A stretch of 64,000 nt of DNA from Lytechinus pictus (taxonomy: Eukaryota). Both the position numbers and the translations under genes were made by a program. The notes beneath the pieces are model-generated. The model did not search any database and was not told the DNA's origin. It was given only the letters and a program-made list of their open reading frames with translations. The stretch lies in NCBI RefSeq assembly GCF_037042905.1, contig NC_087252.1, forward strand, positions 6,884,001-6,948,000, written 5' to 3'. Of the stretch, positions 13,993 to 28,000 are shown in pieces (the stretch's first letter is position 1; every line of letters begins with the position of its first letter).

Positions 13993-14322
13993 TATGAATA
14001 TCTAAATCTCTTAATTCCTGTCTTTCCAGCTCTGTGAGCTGATATCCAGTAGACCGACATTCCAAAGTTTGTAAATGATTTTCTTGAGTTGCTGGGAATG
14101 TGAACACACTCTTTGTATTAGATAATGGTGGATTAGATGGTGTTGGTGGGTGTGTTTGCATTATCGTCTTCCCATCACCATTAGTCTGTGCAACATTATT
14201 CAGATACCATGTGATGTTAACTGGTGGTTTGCTTCCAACAACTTCACACGTTGCTTCATACATGTCCTCTCCACTACTACTTACAAAACTTGTTACAGTT
14301 GGTCCAGCTAAACTCCCAGGAG
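13993..14322 (-). CDS. Copy A Ig C2-type domain exon
   Basis: 330 nt, open, phase 1-1; paralogue of 49238-49567. Confidence 0.9.
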
Positions 14323-16837
14323 CTAAAATGAGAAGAAAAAAAAATACACAAGTGACAATTCAATAATTCACATCACTTTGGTTTATACCATAACTAACTT
14401 TCATACGGCACCCTGTAGAAAAGAAGTGGAATACTGGTCTTAAAATAACTAAATAATTATAGGAATAGAGAAAATTGGGACAAAATTAAAAGGTGATCCG
14501 TCGATTTTGACAGACCACCGAATTATGATTTCATGTAAAAATTAAGAAATGGGAAAATGGGGTCATGACATTATCAACAGCATCACATGTTGCTTTATAC
14601 ATATCCTCATGGTTTACCTAGGTACTAATCACATTCAATGTCATATTGGTGCAGCTAGAGAAGGAATAATGCAAGGTAATCCATTTACTATAAATGATAA
14701 TATCTATTACCCTTTAGCTTAAATAAGGCTTCTAAATCTAAATCTTAGGTTCTAATTGAAATCAATAAAAATTACATTCTCATGAACTCTTCATAGCTTA
14801 TTTTTCAGTTTGCATGGCTGGTATCAGATTAATTTCCTTCCTCTCTTTTTTTATTTCCAATCCTTCTTGTATTCTCCCTCTCAATCTTTCGTCATTTATG
14901 TTGATCATAAGTAACTACTTTTCCATGTGTGTGTATTTATGCTGAGGTAGTATTACTTGAACAGATAAAAAACATACAAATTTAGCACTAAGAAATTTCT
15001 TCAAATTCGGACAAGGAATGACAAATTCATTACATTTATAATTTCCTAATTTCGTCAACGTTCTATACATGTCTTCATGAATATTCAAGGAGCAAACTGA
15101 TGATGTCATAGCCACACCTTTTTTTTTCTTTTACATGAAATTATGTTTTTCAAAGTTTTTCCTCCGAAAACTAAAATTGATTTAGTGCATTAATTGGGCA
15201 TTCATCGCTGCAAGTTATTTTTGTTATAAGTGATACATATCATACACACTCGTATCGAAATATGGAATACTTATGAATACATGTAAGAAAATTAGAAAAA
15301 AGAAAGTGTGAATGTGACAAAGGATGACGAGACGTCCCGTATTTCAATAGGACATTCTTTTATTCCGCATATTGTCCAATGTCCCGTAGGACTCTGTCCG
15401 GGACGCTATTTTCTCTCGTATTTCATGATTTGAACACATTCAAAAGAGAATATTATTTCATTTTACTTTGTTGTCATATGCAGAAAGAAGAAGAGAAACT
15501 CACGATAAAGAGATTTGTAAATTTTTATGTATTATTGTTGTGAAAATTTCCGTGATACCTACTGAGTAGAGAAAAATTTTGTAATCAGCAGTATACGTGA
15601 ACATAGGGTGTCCGTTCATGCTCCTATTATAGCCTTTCAAAATTTTTCATCCATTAGTGGCCTTCATTCTCATTGGATTAGTAGCATAATGCACTAAACA
15701 TGTAGAAGGACCACAACATAACTTAAGTGGGAAAATTAAGGCCTTTTTGAATGGCAATCTTATTTTGTGATATATCCAGAATCCTGTATATATTTCACCC
15801 CTTTCCTTTCCCTGTTTCCCCTTCTGTTATTTATTTATTTGTTTATTTTTTTTTCTTGCTATTGGATTCCGCCCCCCCCCCCCCCCCTCTCCATGTATAC
15901 GCCAGCGATTTGGACTTATTTAGTTGTGATATAATGGCACATTCAGCGTCATCAACTTTTGCTTTTAAGAAAATAGCTAAGAAATGTGGGCACACCTGTC
16001 TGTCATTTTTAACATTTGGTTTAGATTTCTTTCCTTTTTTCAGTACCAATTTCTGTACTACCATATTTCATATTTCTAAAGTCGGCTTAGTGAAACGAGC
16101 AATAACAATGAGAGAAGGAGTTTTTTGCAAATCCAAACAGAACAAAATTTGTACCCAAATTTCAAAAGTCAAAATTTAACATTATGAACAGGGAAATTAT
16201 CACGGAAAGGACAATATTAACAAACATTTATACACAAATGCCATATATTTTATTTGACCTGATTGTTCGTCTTTCCATATTCCTTTCCTATATTGTAAGT
16301 CGGTACACTAAGACCTCATGATGTGGTAAACAGGAAAATTGAAATTAAATCACATCTATTCGCTTTGCATTGTTTTTAAAAAAGCAGATAATGGGAAAAT
16401 TAATCACAATTATTGGCGGTATCTCTGTAATAAATCAAATCATGTGTAGATTACAGCATAAAACTAATCAACTACTCAAGTCATGAAAACGGACATACTG
16501 AAACTTCCCGGCCTAAACCCGTCCGAGTGAAATCAAATGAAAGAACAGAGAGGTCCAATGAAACTTTCTTTTTTTTTTCTCATTCCAAAACAAAATCTTA
16601 AGTATATGATAATGAGGTTATTTTTTATCATTTAGAAATAGGGGCGGCAGCCCGGCGAGGGAATTGGCATTTCATAGAAAATAATTTAATATCGGACCAA
16701 CTGATGTAGATCGTGAAGGGGCTTGGTGGATTCCATTACTTCTGAGGACTAATGGAGGAAATAAAAAAGGAGAGAAAACAAAAGGAAAGGGTATATTATT
16801 TTATATGTTTTTCTTAATAATGTGTCGAAATCTAGAA

Positions 16838-16908
16838 TCTATAGCCTCTTTGAGGCGTTCAAGTGCAGTATTCACAAGACAAGACAAGACAAGACAAGAC
16901 AAGACAAG
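16838..16908 (+). mobile_element. Very short 5'-truncated retroposon end with (CAAGA)n tail
   Basis: About 70-bp insert ending in ACAAG repeats; copy B has the empty site GAAATCTAGAACACAAAATT near 52908. Confidence 0.6.
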
Positions 16909-17764
16909 AACACAAAATTAGTTTTTTTATATAATATTTCATTGCAGTACCACTTCAATCATGTAAAGATGTGACTTTGTTGCAGTACATTATATTGTTG
17001 ACCACTTTATTATAACCATGGATCCTCCATGTTAACCTTGCTACTGTTACCACATATAGATATGAATATGGCATTGTCTTTCCTCTGTTTTGCATACTGC
17101 AAAAAATATCAATCCTATAAAGACTGTTATAATATTGACTAAACTCTATTATAATCCTGCTACTGTTACCTTTTTAATCTATTTGCATGTGTATGTATGA
17201 AAATATTTTTATTTTTTTAATACCAATGCAAAATAAACCAATCATGTAAAGAGGTTTGTGCAGTTCTCACTCATTCAAATCACTTTGCTAGAACAATGTC
17301 ACTGTTAAATTTACGGATAGTATTTCATACTTGCTAGTATTTTAAAATTCCAAATCATGTCAAATCATTTTCAATGTATTTGTTGTCTTTGTAACAATAT
17401 GTTTACATGCAGACATGCAAGAGACGACTCTGTGTTACTAAAACTTTAATAGGCCCTATTTATTCACAGGAGTAATTTTAGTAGTGTTTGCCATACTGAA
17501 TTTTTTTTAATGTTATTTCGTTACTATTTCTCTAATTTACTTTTCTCAATTGTCTCATTTCTCTTTCTATCTCCCCTTTTCTCTTTTTTTTTTCTCTTCT
17601 GCATTCGATTTGATCTCGAGATCTAATTTATATCTTAATTTCAGATGTTATTTTTATAATTGTTTTATATTCCCAATAAATTTGGTTATCAAATCGCTTA
17701 GGTTCTCAATTTTGCTGATATTCATTTATATAAGGTTGTTGTGACAGTAGTTGAACAAAAATTT

Positions 17765-18003
17765 GGTGATTTCAAGTCTGGTGTTGGCGTTGGTGTTGGT
17801 GTTAGTGTTGGGATTTGGATTGCTTCCCCCTTGCTCCAAAACTTATTCTGAGTTTGTAAAACTGATCGAGATCATGTTATTGACATCTCAACAACCAGTA
17901 AGTGACTTTTAAGGAGCATCTTCATTCTATGTTTGGTATAATACTCGTATAAGAATTGACCTAACACCAACACCAAAAGGTCAACACTAAACTTGAAATC
18001 ACC
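17765..18003. mobile_element. MITE specific to copy A
   Basis: GGTGATTTCAAGTCTGGTGTTG ... CAACACTAAACTTGAAATCACC; absent near 53765. Confidence 0.75.
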
Positions 18004-18521
18004 CACTATGTTTCTTAGTTTTTTTTCTTATGTCATTGTAAATTGAGTTTCCTTCAGTTGATATTCGGTCAGAATGTACGAAATATCGGAACCGAATATA
18101 GGCATGGGACTTATAACATAAAAGGTTTACTAAATCAGACCCCCCAAACACACACACACACACAAGCACTTTCCCACCCTCATCCACATACACACACAAA
18201 CAAACGAACATGAATTCCTCGTTTCGGGCCTGAAATATCTTTGGTAAGACTGTAATATATCCATAAAAACTTGGTTATTCACTACTTATCATGTTGCATT
18301 CACTGCGAGGATCACAGTAAGAACAACACTTACTAGCTTGTTCAATTTCACACCAGAAGTGAATATCAAACTTAAATTCCACTTTCCGGTGTCAGTCAAT
18401 GGCCAGCCGCGCGGGATACCGTGTATTAAATTATCTTCAAACATTTGGGGGGTTTTCTTGAAATTATAAAATTGAATGGAATTTGACAAGTAATTCAAAA
18501 AATGCTGTGCATTTTACTCAC

Positions 18522-18830
18522 CTTCCACCACAAAGTCCAAACTACCATCAGTACCCGGAATGTCACATCTATAGACCCCATCATCTGTTACTTCTGCACT
18601 AGAAATTTTCATCGCTGATTGTGTATCTGTCAGGGTAGTTACATCAAAGTTACTAAACTTTTCATCACCAGTGGCAGGGGCCGTTCCAGCAAAGATAATT
18701 TCACCTGTACTGTCATCTGCCCATATAATTAAACTTGCTGTTCCACCTGTAATATCACATGTGAGTGTGACATCAGTCCCAGCTGCTGCTGGCGAATTAC
18801 CGGTTACAGTTGCTGTTTGCCCATTGGTTC
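18522..18830 (-). CDS. Copy A Ig V-type domain exon
   Basis: GTNGQTATVTGNSPAAAGTDVTLTCDITGGTASLIIWADDSTGEIIFAGTAPATGDEKFSNFDVTTLTDTQSAMKISSAEVTDDGVYRCDIPGTDGSLDFVVE; open, 309 nt. Missed by the ORF track. Confidence 0.92.
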
Positions 18831-19672
18831 CTGGAATAAAGGAGAAAGTTCAAACAAATAAAACCAAAAGTCCATGGTATTGGCAGAAACATCATGGCAG
18901 GATAAAGGAATGAATCAAAATTAATGGTGCATTTATTGGAAAAGAGGTGTTTTCATCGAATACGAAACAATAGCGCGTAGAAAAAAAATCACACAACTTT
19001 TATTATTTATTGAAATGTTCACATATATAAAAAGTTAACTTCGGTTCGATGCATGGTTAAAACGAAATTGGCCAATACCAATTGCTTAGTTGTTTCACTA
19101 TAATAACGTAATTTAAGATTGAAATAAATAAATTTCTTTAATATTTGTAGATGTTGTTTTAAAGTTATAAAAACTTGTTTCTAACTTTAAACAATATTTG
19201 TTTTAAGTGATGGCTTAAACAACGCTCTTGTTTTTAAGAACGTACAGTGTTGGGAGTCTATCGTAGGCTTTCTCCTAACGATCCTTATCGATCGAACACA
19301 TTTAGACAGATATAGGTAGATATCATCATCCAGCTTCATATTATTGCAGCAAATAATACTAACAGATACAAGGGACTTGTTACTAAGTTCTTGACCTCAT
19401 AGCATGAGAATTGTTATTATAGTAACTTTGTTTCATTCAATTGTATCTTGTATTTTGTTTGGGCGTTGAACATTGTTACCATGGTAGTTAACATTGGCTG
19501 GTAAATTTACCATTTAGGCATCGTGTTCCTATTATAGGAAACATTTAGCTTGTAGGCTCATTGAACTATAGCTGCTCATCAGTAAACACACAGCCATTAT
19601 GAGAACAAATCGGTCCATACGTCCTTTCGACTACTCCTTTTCAACTCAACGAATTTTTTTAAATATAATTAC

Positions 19673-19754
19673 CAACAACAAGCATCAGAACTGAAAATGC
19701 ATGCCATGAAACCAGGCCAGCCATCACCTTGGACATGTCAGTGGTGAACAGCAT
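19673..19754 (-). CDS. Copy A signal-peptide exon
   Basis: MLFTTDMSKVMAGLVSWHAFSVLMLVV(G), 82 nt, donor G|gtaatt. Confidence 0.8.
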
Positions 19755-20578
19755 GTTATTCTCTTCCTTATGATAGATGATATCTCATACAATGTTCTGG
19801 CTTCAAATGTTTTCAAAATTAAGTTCATCTCCAAAACCTAGGTTTTCAAATTATAAAACAATGTATATATTAATAGCGTTTATTATTGAATAACATGGTT
19901 GATTTACTTACTTTAAATTGCATTACGACCCATGACCTAGGGAAGCATGGGTGCTGAAGGATCCCCTAGAAATCTGGTAGGTATGGTATATAGCAGAAGG
20001 TTATAAAATATCATCTTCAATTGGTAGCAAAAGTCTTCTTTTTTTCCTTGTCAAAATTTATCCTGACCAAAATTACATTCAATTTGTGGTGGAAACCATT
20101 TTTTGGCTTGTCAAATGTAAAGGAGCATCCCCTGTCTATAAAATTTGTCCCCAGGACCCTGTTGCAATCGTTGAAAATCAATAAATACTTTTAAAAAGGA
20201 TATGTCCAGTGTAAGAAATATGAAATGGCTTACTAGTTTGCCACTACATTTATACTAAATTACCATGCACTCTCATCATTGTGGGCCTCAACTGTTCTTC
20301 TTCCGATATGTTGAGGTCCGTGATTTACAGGATGCTAGAAGTTGTTCAGTACAGGTTCTTTTTTTAACTCAGTCGACTTCTCAAAGCGTATTGAATTAAT
20401 CGCCTCGAATTCAGGCTGGTATGCCACAATTAGAATTTTTACCCAAAATCAACTTAATCTTGAAGCTAAAACCCTACCTTTTTTGATTGTCATTTTCTTC
20501 TTGTCCAAATCACAACCAATCAATTTACAGTTCATAGCATATTTTACAACACTGAACATAATAATACAAATAACTCAC

Positions 20579-20880
20579 CTTATACAGTTATCACCCATTC
20601 AACTCGTTTGTATCCTACTTCACTTATTTGGTCTGTTTTGTGAGCACAGTGCAGTTCGACGAGCACTTAATTCATTTTGTCAATGTAAACAAAATTTTAT
20701 AAAGTTCCTGCTTTAAAAGTTGAATTTGCAGTCAGTATAATATATACGTTTTTCATGAAGAGGGCGTAACAAGAAACATAGTCGGGGTTATATTGAGCGA
20801 ATGCAGCGTGGAAAACCTTTGGTGTTTCTAGTCAAGATTTCCTTGCAGTCTGATTTTCCTGTGAGGGATCTTAATAATCG
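20579..20880 (-). promoter_or_regulatory. Copy A probable non-coding first exon and proximal promoter
   Basis: Donor AG|gtgagt at 20579/20578; homologous to 58120-58400. Confidence 0.55.
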
Positions 20881-21624
20881 GCAAAGGTAAAGAGTACTCA
20901 GTATTGAGGCTGAAAATTAAATGGTTTTAATAAAAAGAATTAAAACAGAGGGTAAAGAACTAACAATGTTATGAAATTTCAAAGGTATGTATAATTTCGT
21001 TGAACCAATTATTTCATTTTAAGAGGGATATAAACGTAACACACACACACATATGAAACCATAGATTAACTAATATTATAATATGATAAGAAAAAGGAAA
21101 GTAGGGATGTGACGTCATCAGCCAATCTATTGCATATTTATGACCGCATGCAAAAACATAAAAAAATTGCCGAACTTTACATTTGATAATTTAATTACAT
21201 TTAAAAATCAATTTTTGATTAAATTTCATTTGTAGAATTTTAATCCATCTATTTATGAATAATTGACTATAAATATTGCATATAATTATGGTGTAAGAGT
21301 GAATTATTTTCTAAAACTATGGTTTCTAACGAGATATATCATATCCTGTGTTATTAAGGTGATAAACGCTGCATTTTGACATTGAAAATGGCCGCCATAG
21401 GCCCTTGTCGTGTACATGTACAAATTGAATGGGGAAAATTGGGATAATTTTCACATAAGAACATATTAGGCGGCCATTTTGCTTTTTTTATTATAGCAAT
21501 TATCTACTAAATTACATAAGATATGATATATTCCATTAGAAATCACTTTTCAGACAATACTTCACTGATACAACATTCAAGCAAAGCCAAAATCTGTTAA
21601 AATCATTTGTCCTTATTCATATTG

Positions 21625-22135
21625 CGTATACATTCGTAATTCAGAAGCTTCGTTATTCCGAAGGTTCAGATATTCCGAAGGTTCGTTAATCCGAAAGCGA
21701 AATAAGGTTCGGATATTCCGAAAACGAAATGAGGTTCGTTGTTCCGAAGGTTCGTTAATCCGAAAGCGAAATAAGGTTCGTTGTTCCGAAGGTTCGTTTA
21801 TCCGAAAACGAAATGAGGTTCGTTGTTCATTTCGTTTTCGGACTAACAAACCTTCGGAATTACGAGCCTCATTTCGTTTTCGGATCAACGAACCTTCGGA
21901 ATTACGAACCTCATTTCGTTTTCGGACTAACGAACCTTCAGAATTACGACTCTCATTTCCTTTTCGGATTAACGAACCTTCGGAATTACGCCACAAATGT
22001 TCGGATTAACGAACCCTTTTTCGTTTTCGGATTAAAGAACATCGAGGTTTAGTCAATTTACGTGTTTCGGAATTACGAACCTTCGGAATAAAGAACCTTC
22101 GGAATTACGAACCTTCGGAATTACGAAGTGTAACC
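21625..22135. mobile_element. Foldback/Mutator-like element built of inverted arrays of about 15-bp repeats
   Basis: TTCCGAAGGTTCG arrays flip to CGAACCTTCGGAA near 21825; 9-bp TSD TTCATATTG at 21616-21624 and 22136-22144. Confidence 0.88.
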
Positions 22136-22431
22136 TTCATATTGTACATAATACCGTTAGGACCTGTAGCAGCCATTTTGACTTTCAAAATACAGTATTC
22201 ATCACCTACTTGGCACAAGAAATTATATATCTTGTTACTAATTATGCTTTCAGACAATGTTTTACTCATTGATCACAATTACGTGCATTTATGGTGCTCA
22301 CTCCTGTGAAAAAAAAATCCAATTGTACATAATACAGTCAATGTCTATGACAGCCGTTTTGAAAGTCAAAATACAGTATTTAACACAAACGTGAAACCTG
22401 AATTTTTTTCTCTTTAATCCTCATACGAGGG

Positions 22432-23735
22432 AATTTATTTGTTCATATGATATTTACAATCGTTTTTACATTTATAAGTCACATACAAAAATATAGATAA
22501 ATAACATAACGAAACAGGAACTAAAGGATTGAAAAAACCTTTGATACCTGTTTTAAATCAAGTCTCTTCTGATTACATTTTCTTTTTTTATGACTTCGAG
22601 TTTCTACCTTTAGATCTTTCATAAAATAAAAAGCATGAGTCATATGTTTGTCGTTTCCAAAAAAAATATATTATAATTCCTATCAATTTTTACAAATTGT
22701 GAAAAATTTAAAATAAGGTTAACCACATCCATTTATGTTTGTTCTATTTCATGACCTATCAGGATACTTTTTCGCTCAAGACAATCTTTACATCAAACAA
22801 AGCACTATTAATTTAGCAACAATTTTCCAAAATGCTGTTACCACTTGACAAGTAAAAAGAATATGAATACTGGTTTTACATAAAATATCATTTTGTATTT
22901 TCCACTTGCAAAGATTGTCTTTACTTGGTAGTTTCTATGAATTAATTCAAAATTAAATTGTTTAATCCTGTTGTCGTTTATAAAATCAAGTTTAAACTGT
23001 AATAATGGTTTCCAATTAAATTAAAGAGGCAGGCTAAAGAAATCGTTCCAAAATGAATACAAGGGAGGTCTCTTTTCTCAAATGATAACAATGTCTGGCT
23101 GTCATGCCATTGATTTCTATAGAGTCACCTGTTGAAATTTCAAAAGTGATGAATTTCAATGGTATACTATTTACATTTCGTGCACCATTACGTAATTTGT
23201 CAAGCCAGAACTTCGGGAACGCATTTTTTATTTTCACCAATTCAAAGGTAAAAAGTAATTCTCTTTCTTTAAAAATAGTGCATATTGAATCAATCTTCTT
23301 ACATTCACCACCTGTTAGGATTTGTTTAACTTTAAAAATATTATTTTTTATCCAGTTAGGGAAATATAACACATCTTTTTTATACTTTATGTTACTATTG
23401 TACCAAATAATTTCGATTACAATATTCGTTACTTTAAACATATCAATATACTTTAAATCATCCCATGAACAGAACATGTCAACATAAGATATGGGCAAAT
23501 GTTTTTTCATACAAAAACGATACATATGACTCTTTTTTGCAATTAAAAGTCAAACAAAGAGGCAAATCCCCGCCGATTTTCTGAGTCCAATATTCAAACA
23601 GGGTTTTCCAAGCACTGTCTTCACCTGTTAAATATGTATTGATCCATGATAGACGTAGTGATCGACATTTTGTCTTTAAGTCAACCATTTCTTATCCCCC
23701 TTCTTTTTCAGGATTGTGACAAACATTACGTGCAA
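22432..23735 (-). mobile_element. 5'-truncated, frameshifted L1/Tx1-type LINE ORF2 3' part
   Basis: GG..MVDLKTKCRSLRLSWI and IIWYNSNIK..LYFPNWIKNNIFKVKQI, typical post-RT L1/Tx1 sequence; degraded HIFFTC knuckle near 22850; AATAAA near the 3' end. Confidence 0.8.
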
Positions 23736-25005
23736 CCTGAATGATATATTTCGTTAAAAGTTGTGTGTTTTTTTAGACAGTGTCCCATTTATTTAACACT
23801 AATACATGTATTTGTTGCTCACTCTTGGATTTATTTTGTCCTCTTTCTCATTGTACATAATACTGTTTGGGTCTTCGGCGGCCATTTTGAATATCAAAAT
23901 ACAGCATTTATTTTATACATACATTTTAGTGCTTACTCTTGTGATTTTTCTGGTCCCCATTGCCAATCTGTTTGGGCCAATGCACGGCTATTTTAAATAT
24001 AAAGATACAGCAACTTTCCCTTATACATGACATAATAAATTATATATCTCGTAAGTAATAGTGATTTTCACCCATTTCTTCGTTCACAGATCATATTTAC
24101 TCCTTAAGTGCTCATTTTCGTGAAAATTAGTTTTCCCTATTCTCATTGTACATAATAGAGTAGCCTATGTCTAAGGCGGCATTTTTAAATATCAATGAAA
24201 TAAATATGTTGCCAAAATATTTTTTTTCAGAGAGTATTTCACTCCTGCCACATAGATTTATGCAATTTTGTGATTTTCATGGGAAATTTACATATTTTGG
24301 CAGCCATATTGTATTTTGCCAATTTGCGTAAAATGCTCAACGTTACACGAGTGAAATCATTCAGATTTATAATCTGCACCCTCAAATTGACAAGAAACCA
24401 TAAAGAATATTATAAATATATGAAACAAGGTCGCGCCTCTTCTAACCTGGACTATATGTAGTATGAATAAAAGGTAAAGTAATTATGTATACATAGACCC
24501 TTTACATGTAAAACTTTGTATATTTTTCTTCATCTTATGCTATTGTAACGGTCAACGAAACCTACCCAACCGATTGTATGCAAATTGAAATAAGGTCAAT
24601 CAGGGTCCCGTAAATCAAAGCTTAGCAATAATCGTATAATTTTTTAAACGATTAATTGAACTGACTATAATGTACAAGTACGATCAAACATGAAAATCAA
24701 GAGTACGATTAATTGTTTACCTTTGTGTTACGGGACCTTGGATTGGGTTCGGTGAGGGGTAAAATAGCAGACTACTACTAGGAAAATTATATTACATTTG
24801 TATATGCCTTCTGATACCAAATATACCACTGCATAGCATAATATATTTTAAAAGAAGTCAAACTATAAATTTAATCTAAATTAATGGACCAATGATATCC
24901 AGAAAAAAATGAAATGCGTGGGTTAATTACACTTAAATCTAACACGTATGCATTGATCTTCCATATAAAACACATATTGTGAGGCATTGTTTTATGCTCT
25001 TAGCA

Positions 25006-25065
25006 TCACATCTCCAGAGTAGAAGCATACAACCCTTCATCCAAGTCATTCAGAGACAGGTAACT
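25006..25065 (-). CDS. Copy B terminal coding exon (Tyr-containing tail)
   Basis: tttcacag|AGTTAC...ATGTGA = SYLSLNDLDEGLYASTLEM*. Confidence 0.75.
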   Translation of the reverse strand, partial: SYLSLNDLDEGLYASTLEM

Positions 25066-28000
25066 CTGTGAAATAAGAAGAAAAAATCGTTACAATTTTA
25101 ACGTCATCAAAAATTAAATTTCAAACCAGTAATGATAAATTCAAATTTACTTCTATAATGACGGTACTTCACAGATTAGATTTACATAGTTATTTATTTA
25201 TTTCCACAAAAACAATATATAATACATGTTATAACGATCAATATGATAGTCAACTGCATGTCAAGAGAGACTCCTGTTAAAAGAAAAAATAGACTCCTTG
25301 TCATATATATGGTACACATTAAAATCATAGAAATTAATATACAAAAAAAGCAAACAAATAAGTGCCTTCTTCTGTAAGATATCTGTACGACCTAAACGTA
25401 GTTGTACGTTCACATCCCCAAACCACATTCCAATAAGAGATATGTGTGTATATACTTACATGTAAGAGAGCTCGTAATGAAAAATATAAGACAGAATCGT
25501 TTTAATCTTACGTGTTTTTTTTTTAAATCCTTTCCATACTCTTCAGGATGTTATCAAAGTTACTCCGATTTGGGGGTTCCTTGTCCCAACAACCAGTCAT
25601 AACTGCATACCTTTGAAATAAAGTAAAGGTGATGTGTAAAAAAAATTACATAAGTAATTAAGAAGTATTAAAAATGGAATTTTAAGACGGGTAGGCCTAC
25701 TACAGGCTGAAATTTTATGATTTAAACAGACAGGGTTAATTTACACAAACAAAACCCTGAAAATTCCTTCAAAATCGTACAATAACAAAGGTATGATATT
25801 TTAAAGTTTTGCACTATTTTTTGTGAAAAAGTTGTACGCATGTCCACTCGAGTATGCAATGAGAAAGCTGGTTCTCACTTCTTCTCTTTTAAGATATATG
25901 AATTTAGATTTTTTTTTTGTCCGCCTGAAATGAAAAAATGAAATGAATATCGGTGAGATATTTATTGCAGTATTTTTTTTGTTTAAAAAAGACATATTGT
26001 ATGCACGTAAGAATAACAATATGCAATAATAATGATATCAGGTAATTACTTAAGAAAACACAAAATGGTACAAAACATAATCGGCCCACTTATTGGATAC
26101 TTATCGTGCATGTATATAGCTGTTAAAAAAAAATCAAAATTCAATGACCTCGACATTTGTCAGATCTTGATGAAATCATAAGCATTTTGCTAAATGATTT
26201 TTACTATACTTTAGATGAAAATTATTTTCAACACGGAGTACCCCTTTAGTAAAGACCATTCAAATCATGTTTCCCAAGGATTGTGCGAAAAATCTGTATC
26301 TACGAAGATTGATTTTGTTAAAACTTTGTTGTGAATTTGGAACATATACGATAAATGAGTTTACGAGAGCAAACAACAAGTGAAATTCTCTATAGGTCAA
26401 TTTACAATTCTAGTAATCCTGGACAAGCAAGTTTTAGATTTTTTTGATTAAAAAAGGAAGTATTACACTTCTTGTGCACAGGGACGAGGGCGTGGCATCT
26501 GGTAACCATTATCAACCTCCGTCTGAACCGTGCTGAATGTCATATTTGGGTATGGCCTTGCACCTATCAGAATGTAAAAAGGAACAATGATATTATGAAG
26601 CATCTGAATATAGGATATCTAGAAGTTTCCCAAAATAATCATATATTGTTAGAAGTAGAAGTATGAACATGTAAAAGTTTGATTCCTTTTAATTAATATC
26701 TCGACACCGATAAACCGCTCATCCATGTTTGCAGATGTGCCCAACTGACAAAGAGGCGTAAATCTCAAGTTTTTTGTTCCGTTTATCACAGCTAAAATTA
26801 CTGCGTCTAATGTTGTACAGTATATCATTCATCTGATTGTCAGTCACAGGTTTAACCATACATAACCTAAATAACTTTATTTGTAGCAATTATTAATAAT
26901 TTATTAATTAATACATTTATATAGCGCATTACATTAACATTTCAATGCGCTTTAATCCCTTTTAAAATGTCCAACATCACCCGGCGTTTTATGTATTATT
27001 AGAATGTTGATATCATTATCTTTCGAGCCGAATAAAGATATCATGTAAAATGTTATTTTGATATTCCCGTCATTGTAGTTGTCGGTATTGTAGTAGCAGC
27101 AGTAGTCATGCTAGAAAAAGTAAAGATGTTGTTTTTGTTGTATTTTGCCTTTTATCAAAATCATTTATCATTTTATCATCGACAACTGGTGGAAATTATC
27201 ATGATCACCACAATCGTCAAACCCATCATTGTTATTTTGTGATATATGACTAAGATATTAGACATTAACACACAAAACTTCGTGCACCTCCTTTCTTACC
27301 CAGTGTCACGATTTCCCACAAGACGATACCAAAAGACCATATGTCTCCTTCTGTTGTTTGGTCACCCGTTGCCATGGTTTCTGGTGAACTCCATCTGGTT
27401 GGTTTCTATATAGGACGGTGTGCAGATTACAAAGAATCTTGCTTTAACAATGATTCAAGCGATTGGAAATTATAATCTGCAGTGACCATATAAAATGTCA
27501 AAGATGTCTTAATATTGGCCTAAGCAATAATAGTCTGGTATAGTTGCAGGTTGGGAATCAAAGTCAAGGTTCACGTGAATTATGGTTTTCAGCCTCGCTT
27601 CATTTAGTACCATTTATTTTTATTTAAATTGTTAAATAGGAGATAGATCTTTATAACAAGCCTACAACATAAACATTCATTATTGTAAGGCATAACGAGT
27701 CATACTTACAGCTACGTCACCAAAGATCGATGAAGAAAGTCCATAGTCTGATATCTTGCATTGCTTTCTTTCTCCTAGCAAAACATTGTGAGCGCAGAGA
27801 GCCCCGTGGATGATCTGAAGAAAAGAGAGATACACTTGCAACTCTATATAGTCTTTAGGGTATTCATATACATTTATTTTGATCTCTGTGAAAGTCGACA
27901 AATTTCCCGTCTTACATCTGTGTTAAAAAAGGAGCGATAAACCCTTCCTATTCCAATTGTAAGATTAATAATACCTGTAATGTTTCAAAACAAAAATAAT

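Larger units (their letters stand above)
57..21200. repeat. Segmental tandem duplication, copy A
   Basis: Exons and introns collinear with about 43625-58850 once copy-specific insertions are removed (e.g. 130-620 vs 43698-44300; 14400-18500 vs 49640-54800). Confidence 0.93.

Noticed and set aside
18289..18498. ORF after the V exon, conserved in copy B (54050-54200)
   Set aside because: Copy B has indels breaking the frame; conservation is like the rest of the duplicated intron.
21613..22135. CRISPR-like or coding repeat
   Set aside because: No unique spacers or cas genes; eukaryotic palindromic element with TSD.
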